A stretch of 64,000 bases of DNA from Minisyncoccia bacterium. GTDB lineage: Bacteria; Patescibacteriota; Minisyncoccia; Phycocordibacterales; SBAW01. Below, piece after piece: positions 39,546-48,975 of the stretch; position 1 is the first letter of the stretch; each line of letters opens with the position of its first letter. The DNA is taken from the NCBI GenBank assembly GCA_049997855.1, contig JBEKSG010000002.1, forward strand, positions 16,996 to 80,995, written 5' to 3'. The notes under the pieces are model-generated. The model was not told the origin of the DNA, searched no databases, and saw only the letters and a list, made by a program, of their open reading frames with translations. Position numbers and translations under genes: made by a program.

Positions 39546-39995
39546 TTACTTCCGCAATGTGTACGAAAGATTGTAGTCGCTTGCCTTAAAGAACTCTTTG
39601 GCAAACTCCGATGCTTCGTACGGGTTGTAATATTTGCAAGAGAAAATGTCTAAGTAGGTTGTGTTGGTTGCGTTGGCAAAATGTGCCGATATGCACGACG
39701 TTTCAATGAGCTGTACCATCGAAAAGCCCGCCACTTTTTCGTCTTCGCCAAAATCAACCACCGTACACTCGCCAAAGCGCTTCATCTCGATGCGTTCGCA
39801 GAGCTTTACCACAAATCGCTTTATCTCCTCCGCGCTCCGGATAGTATCCGGGTTGCATTTATGGAGATCAATCGATGCCAAAAGCCCCCAGGCATCCTGG
39901 TTCTTATAATCCTGGCGCAAGCCAGAGTCGTCGCGGGCGATGTCATCTAGCGCATTGTTATGCAACGCCACGCGCGCGGCACTTTGTGTTTCCAT
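39546..39995 (-). CDS. pyruvoyl-dependent S-adenosylmethionine decarboxylase family proenzyme (SpeH-like)
   Basis: DLHKCNPD and LIETSCISAHF, with the Ser of the processing motif. Confidence 0.6.
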   Translation of the reverse strand: METQSAARVALHNNALDDIARDDSGLRQDYKNQDAWGLLASIDLHKCNPDTIRSAEEIKRFVVKLCERIEMKRFGECTVVDFGEDEKVAGFSMVQLIETSCISAHFANATNTTYLDIFSCKYYNPYEASEFAKEFFKASDYNLSYTLRK

Positions 39996-40189
39996 TTCTT
40001 ATATGCATGCATTAATTGGCTGACAAAATTGTCCCTCAACATGGCTCGGGACGAAACTTTTTTACTATACGCTCTTGTGCCGCGAGCGCAAGGGTTTTTT
40101 GGCCCCTAAATCAAAATGTGTGGATAACTCGGCGAGCCGGTTTTCATGTGCTGGCAAACCGGCGCACTTTTTGTTATTATCGCACGGAC

Positions 40190-40265
40190 GCGCGCTTAGC
40201 TCAGTTGGTAGAGCATTCGACTGATACTCGAAAGGTCCTAGGTTCGATCCCTAGAGCGCGCACCA
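40190..40265 (+). tRNA. tRNA-Ile (anticodon GAT), CCA encoded
   Basis: full cloverleaf folded by hand: acceptor GCGCGCT/AGCGCGC, D-arm GCTC-AGTTGGTA-GAGC, anticodon loop CTGATAC, T-arm CTAGG-TTCGATC-CCTAG. Confidence 0.9.
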
Positions 40266-40328
40266 AGCTATTTGCAGCACCAGTTTTAGAGAAGCACTTA
40301 AGGATTTTTTGGTGTAAAGTAATCCGAC

Positions 40329-40410
40329 GGGCATGTGGCGGAACTGGTATACGCGTACGTCTCAGAAGCGTATGGAGCGATCCTTGGGAGTTCGAGTCTC
40401 CCCATGCCCA
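40329..40410 (+). tRNA. tRNA-Leu (anticodon CAG), type II with long variable arm
   Basis: acceptor GGGCATG/CATGCCC, 3-bp D stem, anticodon loop CTCAGAA, 13-nt variable arm, T-arm GGGAG-TTCGAGT-CTCCC. Confidence 0.85.
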
Positions 40411-40433
40411 CTAAAGATACAAGAAATAAACGC

Positions 40434-41177
40434 ATGATCGGATTTTTTGACTCAGGCTCCGGAGGTTTATCGGTACTTTCCGTGTTCCGCGCATTGGCTC
40501 CGGAGGCCGATACTGTCTATTTTGGAGATATCGCCAATGCTCCCTATGGAGAAAAGACTCAAACCAAGCTTGAGACGTTGACGAAAGCGGGGATAGAAAA
40601 ATTACAGGAGTTTGGCGCGACTCAAATTGTGGCCGCCTGCAACAGCGTTGCCTCCTCGGTGTTGGCCGGAGCTGCGGGTACTATGCCGGTGATTGAAATG
40701 ACCGCACCAACCGGAAAGTATATGGCGCAATACGCAGGCAAAAAATTTTTGCTTATCGCGACTCCTGCAACAGTTGCATCGGGTATTTATGATAGAGCAC
40801 TCGCTTCAATCGTTACACTTGACTCGCTCGCCATACCCGGGCTTGCCGGCGCGATAGAGTTTGGCGCTCCGGAGGCGGAGATACGGGCACTGGTGCGCTC
40901 GGCATTGAGCACTAAAAAAGGCACAGCATACGATGGTATGATACTTGCGTGCACTCATTACCCGCTTGTATTCCCGACCTTAGCCCAAAAGGCAAAGGAA
41001 ATACTCAACATCGCTTTGATTGTCGACCCGGCGGTTGCAGTTGCTACAGAAGTTGCGAAAAGGTTTGATATACATGGGCAAGGAGCCATGCAGTTTCTCA
41101 TTTCGAAAGAATCCGATATATTTCGCAGGCGCGTCGCAGAGTTGTTTCCCAATGTTTACACTATAATTAGTGTATAA
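40434..41177 (+). CDS. murI: glutamate racemase
   Basis: FDSGSGGL, VYFGDIANAPYG, ACNS and ACTHYP motifs; ORF-track GTG extension at 40335 overlaps tRNA-Leu and is rejected. Confidence 0.85.
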   Translation: MIGFFDSGSGGLSVLSVFRALAPEADTVYFGDIANAPYGEKTQTKLETLTKAGIEKLQEFGATQIVAACNSVASSVLAGAAGTMPVIEMTAPTGKYMAQYAGKKFLLIATPATVASGIYDRALASIVTLDSLAIPGLAGAIEFGAPEAEIRALVRSALSTKKGTAYDGMILACTHYPLVFPTLAQKAKEILNIALIVDPAVAVATEVAKRFDIHGQGAMQFLISKESDIFRRRVAELFPNVYTIISV

Positions 41178-41184
41178 AAACCCT

Positions 41185-41943
41185 CTACTTATTAAACTTC
41201 TGTAACTCTTGTTTCCACGCGTCCATGAGGGGGACTATCCGCTCTTCGTCGGTACGAGCGCTCGCTTTAAGTTTTGCAGTGTCGGCAATCCATTCGCTGC
41301 CGCTCCACCACTCAAGCGGCTCAAAGTTTGTTTTGTACAAAGCCTTGGCGCCGTACACCGTGCCGAGGTAGTAGTGCTCGACGCCGCGCGCCGCTGCATC
41401 GCGGATGCAGTCAAGCATGAGCCACATGCCGAGCGATTGCCGCACAAACGAGAGATCATAAAACGAAAACCAGTAGTGCGTCATGCCGGCGTCCTCGACC
41501 TCGAACACGTAGGCCACCGGCACGCCGGCTTTGCAATACTCAACGATTGTCGTGATTACGCCGCAGGCAAGCCAATAGCGTATGCGCTCACGCGGCGCGG
41601 CGCGCTCGCCGTGCTTAATTTTAAAATACTCAACGCAAAAGGAGAGAAACACCTCGTCATTGATATCAAACTCGGCGAGCGGAATGCGCTTTTTATCAAA
41701 CTGTCCGTCAAACTTTTTGGCGATGCGTCTGTTTTCGCTCGTGAGTGCAAACTGCGGTAATGGTACACGCGCACTGCGCGCCATGTAAAAAATGTTTTGC
41801 ACATCCGGCGAGCCGGAGTAGGGGAGATAGCCGAGCTCGTATATATGCGCCAATGAGTCACCCTGCTCGCGCTCACAATAATTAGCATAGCCAAAGGTGT
41901 AAGAGCCGTAATTGTGTCCGAGCTCACTCGAAAACAGCTTCAT
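41185..41943 (-). CDS. aminoacyl-tRNA--protein transferase, ATE/Bpt family (GNAT fold)
   Basis: C-terminal HYYLGTVYGAKALYKTNFEPLEWW matches the ATE_C signature; N-terminal GYANYCERE. Confidence 0.55.
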   Translation of the reverse strand: MKLFSSELGHNYGSYTFGYANYCEREQGDSLAHIYELGYLPYSGSPDVQNIFYMARSARVPLPQFALTSENRRIAKKFDGQFDKKRIPLAEFDINDEVFLSFCVEYFKIKHGERAAPRERIRYWLACGVITTIVEYCKAGVPVAYVFEVEDAGMTHYWFSFYDLSFVRQSLGMWLMLDCIRDAAARGVEHYYLGTVYGAKALYKTNFEPLEWWSGSEWIADTAKLKASARTDEERIVPLMDAWKQELQKFNK

Positions 41944-41944
41944 G

Positions 41945-43354
41945 TTATTTGGGGAACTTTTGTTCGGCTAATGCAGGGATGCTCTCAATGAGTCCGCCCA
42001 TCGCTCCCGACGACGAGAGGAGGACGGCGTCGTTTGCTTTGAGCTCTTTCTCGAATATGTTGAGCATTGCCTCGGGCGTATCCACCGCAACCGCCGGCGT
42101 GCCGTGTGCGCTCACACGGTTTGCTATCTCCTCGGCACCCAGCTGAGTTTCTTTGCCGTCGTGCGGCGGACTAAAGATAAACACATGATCGGCTCCGAGA
42201 AACACGTCGTCGTACTGATGCAAAGATGCTTTGTTGCGCCAGGTAAACGTGTGCGGTTCAAACACCACCGTGAGCCGCCGGTTGGGGAAGTGCAGCTTCA
42301 TTGCGGCTACTGCCGCTTTTGCCTTTTCGTAGCTTGAGCCAAAACCCTCATACACCGCAACACTCGAGCGTGGCGAGAGATACTCCATACGGCGCCTAAC
42401 TCCCTCGAAGCTCATGATGCCTTTCGCCAGTTCCTCGGACGTGAGCAAACCTTTTTCGAGCAACACCGCGCTTATGCCGACGATGTTTTCGATATTATGC
42501 GCGCCCAGGAGCGGCGTAGTGAGAGAAATTATTTTTGTACCCTGATGCATGAGGTCAAACGTGCTCGGCATGCCATAGACAATGTTGTGCGGATACCACT
42601 CGGCTGGCTCAACGTTGCCGTAGGTGACTACCTTGCCGGCATATGCGGCCGAGAGCGCGAGCGCGTGCGTCTCGTTGGCGTTTACCACAAGCAGGCCACT
42701 CTGAGGAAGAATAGATATTAATTTTTTAAATGGCGCCAGATAACTTTCGTGCGTTGGATACACGTTGACATGGTCGTGCGTCGCAGAGGTGAGGAGCACG
42801 GTATGCGGATTGTAATGCAAAAACTTTGAGTTCTCGTCCCAATTGGCCGAGGGATACTCGTCGCCCTCGAGCACAAAAACTTCTCCCGTGCCTTTGTGCG
42901 CGTGCGCTTCAAGCCCCTTGGTAATCTCGCCGATAAAATAGCTCGGATCTTTGCCGGCGTGCAAAAGGCACCACGCAAGAAGCGCAGTCGAGGTCGACTT
43001 ACCGTAACTGCCCGCCACCACAATGTTGTCGGTGTGCAGGGTGAGCTCGTGCAATACATCGGGAAATGACAAAACTTTTTTACCGCTCGCGAATGCCGCG
43101 GCAACCTCCTCGTTGCTTTCCGGCACAAGCTTGGCATTTTTGCCGATTACTATTACGTCAGCGTCTGATGGAATATTTTCTTTTTTATAGCCGTTGTGGA
43201 AGGGAATATTGGCCTCTGTAAGATAGACGGAGACCGGGGGATAAAAACCCTCGTCGGAGCCGGTTATTTCGACACCCGCCTCGCGTAAAAGCAAAGCCAC
43301 AGCGCTCATGCCTTTGCCGGCAATACCGATAAAGTGCGCCTTTGTAATATCCAT
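41945..43354 (-). CDS. Mur ligase, MurC/Mpl family (UDP-MurNAc:tripeptide ligase-like)
   Basis: N-terminal HFIGIAGKGMSAVALLL..GSDEGFYPP; central VVAGSYGKSTSTALLAW Walker-like motif. Confidence 0.75.
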   Translation of the reverse strand: MDITKAHFIGIAGKGMSAVALLLREAGVEITGSDEGFYPPVSVYLTEANIPFHNGYKKENIPSDADVIVIGKNAKLVPESNEEVAAAFASGKKVLSFPDVLHELTLHTDNIVVAGSYGKSTSTALLAWCLLHAGKDPSYFIGEITKGLEAHAHKGTGEVFVLEGDEYPSANWDENSKFLHYNPHTVLLTSATHDHVNVYPTHESYLAPFKKLISILPQSGLLVVNANETHALALSAAYAGKVVTYGNVEPAEWYPHNIVYGMPSTFDLMHQGTKIISLTTPLLGAHNIENIVGISAVLLEKGLLTSEELAKGIMSFEGVRRRMEYLSPRSSVAVYEGFGSSYEKAKAAVAAMKLHFPNRRLTVVFEPHTFTWRNKASLHQYDDVFLGADHVFIFSPPHDGKETQLGAEEIANRVSAHGTPAVAVDTPEAMLNIFEKELKANDAVLLSSSGAMGGLIESIPALAEQKFPK

Positions 43355-43430
43355 GGCTCTACTATAACAAACCCTCAGACAAAACTCAGGGTAAATGAAA
43401 AAGCCAGTCCCGGGTGGGGCTGGCTAAGGG

Positions 43431-44270
43431 TTATTGACGAACGATCGCTACGAGATAGCGCCCGCCGCCGTTGCGGGTGTGCGGCAGACCCTCAGGCATA
43501 TGCCGATAATCTAGATGGATATTTTCCCCGAGTACGCCGCATTTGACGGCCTGCGCATAAGCAATGTTCGATAAGTCGATGTAGATTCCGTGCTCATCGA
43601 TTTTGCCGGCGTAGACCCCATATTTGTGGGGAAGATACTCCGCCGCCGCCCGATTGTATTTCGCATGCTTTGGATCAGGATCATCAAAACGGTGGTAGAA
43701 ATCCGAAGGCTTGATGAAGAAGAACGGCCACACATGGAGATCCTTCGGCTTACCACCGATTGCCTCTATGACGTTTTCGACAACGTCGGTGTGACGGTCT
43801 TCTTCCTTCCCGCGTGTCTTAACGCGCCGCCAGTCGAGCAAGCTTTCGCGCCCAGCATGAGCAAATACAAGATCATAGCCGTTTGAAACGACAATGACAC
43901 CACAACCTCCTGCGCTGAATATACCGGCATGCCCTCTCATGGAAAGATTCGTTCCATCGGCAGGACAATCTTGCTTACGCCTCATATAGAGACGTTCTCC
44001 CAGCATGAGAAAACGATCCAAATCGCCTTGTTGGATTATTTGTGCATTGAACTCCGTTGGGTTAGGCGCAAATGCACAGACCGCTCCAATGCTGCGCAGA
44101 GCGGAGGCGACTTTGTTTGCCAACGGCCGATTGGCCGCGATATCATTTGGCCATTGCAACGGGCTGAGTGACCAGTCCTTGCCTGCAAAGCATGAGGCTG
44201 TAAAAATGAGCCTGCTTCCCGGCACATGGATGGTATGTGTGACATACAGTGGCGCCAAGCGTTGATTCAT
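43431..44270 (-). CDS. possible YfiH/PgeF-like (DUF152) protein
   Basis: weak match of SAGGCGVIVV..FAHAGRES to the YfiH ADCxPV..HAGWRG core; tentative. Confidence 0.3.
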   Translation of the reverse strand: MNQRLAPLYVTHTIHVPGSRLIFTASCFAGKDWSLSPLQWPNDIAANRPLANKVASALRSIGAVCAFAPNPTEFNAQIIQQGDLDRFLMLGERLYMRRKQDCPADGTNLSMRGHAGIFSAGGCGVIVVSNGYDLVFAHAGRESLLDWRRVKTRGKEEDRHTDVVENVIEAIGGKPKDLHVWPFFFIKPSDFYHRFDDPDPKHAKYNRAAAEYLPHKYGVYAGKIDEHGIYIDLSNIAYAQAVKCGVLGENIHLDYRHMPEGLPHTRNGGGRYLVAIVRQ

Positions 44271-44361
44271 TGCGCTTCTCCAATTTTTCCGATTAGAACT
44301 ATAGTCTAGAAAAAATGTACCAGACTTTTCTTATTACGTCAAAAGTGTTACTGTAGCGCTC

Positions 44362-45159
44362 ATGGTATCGAAGTCCGACACACCTGTAGGCAAGCTCTCG
44401 ATGGTGGCGACACCGATTGGCAATCTTGAGGACATCACACTGCGTGCTCTACGTACGCTCAAAGAGGCCAACATTGTGGCTTGCGAGGATACGCGCGTGA
44501 CAAAAAAACTGCTCGCGCATTTTGACATCCACACACCGACCGTCTCCTTCCACGCCCGGATCGGCGCTAAAGGGTTTGAAAAGATAATAAAGTTGCTTGA
44601 AGAAGGCAAGCACGTTGCGCTTGTCTCCGATGCCGGCACGCCGGGTGTGAGCGACCCGGGATTAGAACTCGTATCAGTGGTGCGCGAACATTTTGCAGAG
44701 AATTTAAATCGTTTTGAAAAAAAGTCTGGAAGCCCCTCGGACTCAGAGGCCGGGGGCGGCCCGAGGACTTTTTTGAGAAATGATTTAAATTCTCTGGTAA
44801 TCGAAACTATTCCGGGCCCAAGCGCATTGACGGCGGCCATATCCGTTGCAGGCTTGCGCGCGCCATCGTTTACCTTTTACGGATTTTTGCCGCAAAAAAA
44901 AGGAAGGGATATGATGTTTAAAGAAATCGGTGCAAACGATCGCGCGAGCATTTTTTACGAGTCGCCGCATCGGATTATGAAGACACTCGAGTCTTTGGTG
45001 GCGCACCTGCCCGCTGGAAGGCGGATTGGGGTCTTTAGAGAGCTCACCAAACTGTTTGCAGAGTCTGTTGTCGGCTCGGCCGAGGAAGTGCTGGTCTATT
45101 TCACAGCCAATGCTGACAAGCAACGCGGCGAGTTTGTCGTAATAGTGGAAGGTGTGTAA
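44362..45159 (+). CDS. rsmI: 16S rRNA 2'-O-methyltransferase RsmI (tetrapyrrole-methylase fold) with an internal insertion
   Basis: MVATPIGNLEDITLRA..IVACEDTR..LVSDAGTPGVSDPG. Confidence 0.8.
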   Translation: MVSKSDTPVGKLSMVATPIGNLEDITLRALRTLKEANIVACEDTRVTKKLLAHFDIHTPTVSFHARIGAKGFEKIIKLLEEGKHVALVSDAGTPGVSDPGLELVSVVREHFAENLNRFEKKSGSPSDSEAGGGPRTFLRNDLNSLVIETIPGPSALTAAISVAGLRAPSFTFYGFLPQKKGRDMMFKEIGANDRASIFYESPHRIMKTLESLVAHLPAGRRIGVFRELTKLFAESVVGSAEEVLVYFTANADKQRGEFVVIVEGV

Positions 45160-45168
45160 TATAAGAGT

Positions 45169-45408
45169 ATGTCTAAAGAAATGGGTGTTATTTTGCTTGG
45201 GCTCTTTGTGCTTGTACAGCCGTATTTTGGCGTGCCCAACAGCTGGCATACCTTTTTTGCGGTAATTGCAGGTATTGCTCTTATGACGCTCGGCTTTTTA
45301 TTGCGCGGCGAGGCGCTCGGCCGCGGCGGGGCAGTTGAGGAGCCGCGCCGCAATTTCTTTGTCGAAAACACCACGGTGTTTGTCGAGCAAGACCGCTCCG
45401 AGCAATAA
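45169..45408 (+). CDS. small two-TM membrane protein (79 aa)
   Basis: two hydrophobic helices; sits immediately upstream of the VirD4-like ATPase. Confidence 0.4.
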   Translation: MSKEMGVILLGLFVLVQPYFGVPNSWHTFFAVIAGIALMTLGFLLRGEALGRGGAVEEPRRNFFVENTTVFVEQDRSEQ

Positions 45409-45414
45409 TATTTT

Positions 45415-47277
45415 TTGAGCAAGCGTGCCGCCTGTGATGCTATAATTAGCTCAATGCAGGAGGACCCAAATAAAATTACGTATTTTGCCACCACCAACTC
45501 GCGCGGCGAGGAAAAGCCTTTTGGCATCAAAAAAAAGGACCGCGGCAAGCACATGTACATCATCGGCAAGACCGGCATGGGCAAGTCGACCCTGCTCGAG
45601 AACTTGGCGATACAAGACATACGCAACGGCGAGGCGGTGGCGTTTATCGACCCGCACGGCCAAACCGCCGAGCGCTTGCTTGAGTACATCCCCGAACATC
45701 GCAAACGCGACGTGGTGTATTTTGCGCCGTTCGACATGGAGCACCCCATCGGTTTTAACGTGATGGAGGATGTGGGTTACGACAAGCGGCACCTTGTGGT
45801 CTCCGGTCTTATTACCGCGTTCAAAAAAATTTGGGTCGACGCCTTTAGCGCGCGCATGGAGTACATCCTCTCCAACACGCTCTTGGCGTTGCTTGAGTAT
45901 CCCGGCGCCACGATGCTCGACGTCAACCGCATGTTGGTCAACAAACACTACCGCAAAAAAGTAGTCGACAACATCAAAGACCCAATCGTCAAAGATTTTT
46001 GGAACGGGGAATTTGCCAGCTACTCCGATAGGTACACACAAGAGGCGACACCCGCTATACAAAACAAAGTGGGGCAATTTACCTCCAATCCACTTATTCG
46101 CAATATCGTGGGGCAGGCAAAGTCCTCCTTCGACATACGCGAGATGATGGACCAAAAAAAGATTTTAATCATCAACCTCTCCAAGGGCCGCGTGGGCGAG
46201 GTCAACGCCCAACTCCTGGGCTCGATGCTCGTGACCAAAATTTATTTGGCGGCGATGTCGCGCGCCGACATCTCGGCCTCGGTGCTTGCAACACTCCCGC
46301 AATTTTATTTTTACGTCGACGAGTTTCAAAACTTTGCCAACGAAAGCTTTGCCGATATCCTTAGTGAGGCGCGCAAATATAAATTAAATTTAATTATTGC
46401 GCACCAATATATAGAGCAGATGGATGAGGAGGTGCGTGACGCGGTGTTTGGCAACGTCGGCACGACCATTTCCTTCCGCGTCGGGCCGTTTGACGCCGAG
46501 GTGCTCGAAACAATCTTCCAGCCCGTGTTTATGGCGACCGACCTGGTCAACTTGGGTTTTGCGCAAATATATTTGACGCTCATGATAGACGGCGTTGGTT
46601 CGCCGCCGTTTAGCGCCGCAACGTTGCCGCCGTTCGACCCGCCGCCGCAAAGTTTTGTCGACGAAGTCATTGTAAACTCGCGCACGCAGTTTGGCGCGGC
46701 GCGCGCCGAGGTGGAGCGGGTCATCCAGCAGATACAAGACGACAATCCATTGGTGGCAGAAGCGTCAAAGACTAAATCCCGGCGCCTCGAAGGGGTCGGG
46801 ATCCCGACCCAAGCGTCGGAGAAAACAGCGCCCACAGCCCACCCGGTTCACACGTCTGTTTCGCATATGCCAAAGCCTCTTATTGAACGGGCTGATGAGA
46901 TCAAAAACGAGGTGGCAAGGATAATCCCCGAGTATCAAAAAGCAGCACCTTCATCACGGGCTCCAAACAAGCCTATCCAGTCCCAGGCCGCCGCTCGAAG
47001 CGGCATAAGTGTTTCCTTACCCCCAAAACCGCCTCTAGAGGGCTCCCAGAGCTTGAAAGAGGCTCTCGCACAAGCGCTCGGCAAAAAACCTCAGAATGAT
47101 AAACCTAGGCCGCAAAGCGGCATAAATGTGCCCTTACATACTCCCGACCTCAAAGCCACGCTCCACGCGGTTGCGCCAAAGGCCGAAGCCAAGGCGCCAG
47201 CCGCGGCAAAGTTGCCAGAAGACGAGCTGCGCTCTATGCTAGCCGTCGATGAAGGTTTGGACAACGAAAAGCCGTAA
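45415..47277 (+). CDS. P-loop ATPase of the VirD4/TraG/TraD (type IV coupling protein / FtsK-HerA) superfamily with disordered Pro/Ala/Lys-rich tail; probable start at ATG 45454
   Basis: Walker A GKTGMGKST; Walker B FYFYVDEFQNF; ARKYKLNLIIAHQ motif typical of TraG/VirD4; no N-terminal TM helices; last about 190 aa low complexity. Confidence 0.6.
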   Translation: MSKRAACDAIISSMQEDPNKITYFATTNSRGEEKPFGIKKKDRGKHMYIIGKTGMGKSTLLENLAIQDIRNGEAVAFIDPHGQTAERLLEYIPEHRKRDVVYFAPFDMEHPIGFNVMEDVGYDKRHLVVSGLITAFKKIWVDAFSARMEYILSNTLLALLEYPGATMLDVNRMLVNKHYRKKVVDNIKDPIVKDFWNGEFASYSDRYTQEATPAIQNKVGQFTSNPLIRNIVGQAKSSFDIREMMDQKKILIINLSKGRVGEVNAQLLGSMLVTKIYLAAMSRADISASVLATLPQFYFYVDEFQNFANESFADILSEARKYKLNLIIAHQYIEQMDEEVRDAVFGNVGTTISFRVGPFDAEVLETIFQPVFMATDLVNLGFAQIYLTLMIDGVGSPPFSAATLPPFDPPPQSFVDEVIVNSRTQFGAARAEVERVIQQIQDDNPLVAEASKTKSRRLEGVGIPTQASEKTAPTAHPVHTSVSHMPKPLIERADEIKNEVARIIPEYQKAAPSSRAPNKPIQSQAAARSGISVSLPPKPPLEGSQSLKEALAQALGKKPQNDKPRPQSGINVPLHTPDLKATLHAVAPKAEAKAPAAAKLPEDELRSMLAVDEGLDNEKP

Positions 47278-48046
47278 TACACTCCTTATTATAGGAGTTC
47301 TTTTGGCGTTTATGGTGCCCGCCAGTGCCTTTGCCTCAATACAGTTTACTGAGATTATGTACAATCCGCCCGGCCCAGACCTAGGCCGCGAGTGGATAGA
47401 AATTACAAATACGGGGTCTAGTACTGTTGACCTCGCGGGATATAAATTGTTTGAGTCGGGTGTTAATCATGGCTTGGTACTTACCGCGGGTACCAGCACG
47501 CTTGCTGCGGGAGCGTCGGCAATTATTACCGCCGACGCGCAAAAGTTTTTGGCCGACTATCCGGCATACACGGGCGTGATGTTTAAAAGCCCTTTCAGTT
47601 TGCTTAACACGAGCGGGAGTTTTGCACTCAAAGACAAAACGCTCGCAATAGTCGACTCCGTCTCCTACGCCGCCGCCATGGGTGCGGCAGGCGACGGCAA
47701 CTCGCTCCATCTAAGCGACACCAGTTGGATACCGGGTGCGCCCAACCCCGGCAGTGATGCGCCTAGCGCGGCAATTGTAAAACCGGTGTCATCAGCAAAA
47801 ACTACGGTGCCTGTGGCCTCAACGAAAAAATCTACTGCCACAAGAACATCCAAACCATTAAGCGGTATAAAATCCACGCTCGGCGCATCGCCACTACTTG
47901 CCGATATTTCGCCTGTCTATTGGTATGCGCTCGGACTTCTTTCAATCGTAACACTCGGTATCGGGACCGTGCTGTATGCAAAGCCCGCGCTTCACAAAAG
48001 AGTGTCTGAAACCGATAGTGAGACAGTAGAGTTTGAGTTAGAATGA
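47249..48046 (+). CDS. lamin-tail-domain (LTD) surface protein with C-terminal TM anchor
   Basis: IQFTEIMYNPPGPDLGREWIEITNTGSSTVDLAGYKL .. NTSGSFALKD matches the LTD signature. Confidence 0.7.
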   Translation: MKVWTTKSRNTLLIIGVLLAFMVPASAFASIQFTEIMYNPPGPDLGREWIEITNTGSSTVDLAGYKLFESGVNHGLVLTAGTSTLAAGASAIITADAQKFLADYPAYTGVMFKSPFSLLNTSGSFALKDKTLAIVDSVSYAAAMGAAGDGNSLHLSDTSWIPGAPNPGSDAPSAAIVKPVSSAKTTVPVASTKKSTATRTSKPLSGIKSTLGASPLLADISPVYWYALGLLSIVTLGIGTVLYAKPALHKRVSETDSETVEFELE

Positions 48047-48093
48047 GGTCGGGCCTCAATGGACACTGGCCCGACACAATTTTGCTAAATCGC

Positions 48094-48975
48094 ATGAAAA
48101 CAATCGTAGTTACCGGCGGTGCGGGGTTTATTGGCTCGCATCTGTGCGAGCGTCTCGTTAAAGACCTGTCTGCGCAGGCAGGCGGCTTTAAAGTCATCTC
48201 GCTCGACAATTATTTTACCGGCTCCAAAGACAATCACATAGCCGGCGTGGAGTATCGCGAGGGCCATACCAAAGACATTGCTAAGTTCATCCCCGAAACG
48301 CCCGACCTCATCTATCACTTGGGCGAGTATTCGCGCGTCGAAGTTTCTCTTACCGAACCGGCGCTGGTGTGGAACTTAAACATGGAGGGCACCTTTGGCG
48401 TGCTTGAGTATTGGAGAGAAAAAAATAAAGAGAAAAAATGCAAACTTATGTATGCGGGTTCCTCAACCAAGTTTGCCGATGGCGGCCTCGGGCGCGACCA
48501 GAGTCCATATGCGTGGAGTAAAGCAAGCAACACCGAGCTTATACGCAATTATGGTGAGTGGTACAAGCTCCCCTATGCCGTCACTTACTTTTACAATGTG
48601 TATGGCCCGGGCGAGCGAGCAGGCAAGTACGGCACAGTCATAGAGATTTTTAAACAGCTGTATTTAGCCGGGCAGCCGCTTACGGTAACTGCACCTGGCA
48701 CTCAGCAACGCATTTTTACGCATGTCGACGATATTGTAGATGGGCTGATAGCGGTGGGAGAGCGAGGCGAGGGCGACGAATTTGGCTTAGGAGCCGATGA
48801 GTCTTATTCGATACTTGAAATCGCAAACATGTTTAATGTTCCCATTATCATGAGGCCGGAGGTTGGAGGAAACCGTATGAGCGCCAAGCTCGATGCTAAC
48901 CGCTCGCATGCACTGGGTTGGCACGCTACGCGCAGGGTCGAGGAGTACATACGCGATATTGTCGCAAAAAAATGA
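48094..48975 (+). CDS. NAD-dependent epimerase/dehydratase (UDP-sugar 4-epimerase / decarboxylase-like)
   Basis: TGGAGFIGSHL; YAWSKASNT (YxxxK). Confidence 0.8.
   Translation: MKTIVVTGGAGFIGSHLCERLVKDLSAQAGGFKVISLDNYFTGSKDNHIAGVEYREGHTKDIAKFIPETPDLIYHLGEYSRVEVSLTEPALVWNLNMEGTFGVLEYWREKNKEKKCKLMYAGSSTKFADGGLGRDQSPYAWSKASNTELIRNYGEWYKLPYAVTYFYNVYGPGERAGKYGTVIEIFKQLYLAGQPLTVTAPGTQQRIFTHVDDIVDGLIAVGERGEGDEFGLGADESYSILEIANMFNVPIIMRPEVGGNRMSAKLDANRSHALGWHATRRVEEYIRDIVAKK

Noticed and set aside
40074-40100. Hairpin plus T6 on the plus strand upstream of tRNA-Ile as a terminator of an unannotated small RNA
   Set aside because: No plus-strand gene or promoter lies upstream. The same sequence read on the minus strand overlaps a plausible TTGCGC-16-TATAGT promoter for the AdoMetDC-like gene, which is the more economical explanation.
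40335-40433. GTG-initiated N-terminal extension of the murI ORF
   Set aside because: It overlaps the complete tRNA-Leu(CAG) gene. The conserved MurI N-terminus (MIGFFDSGSGG) starts at the ATG at 40434.
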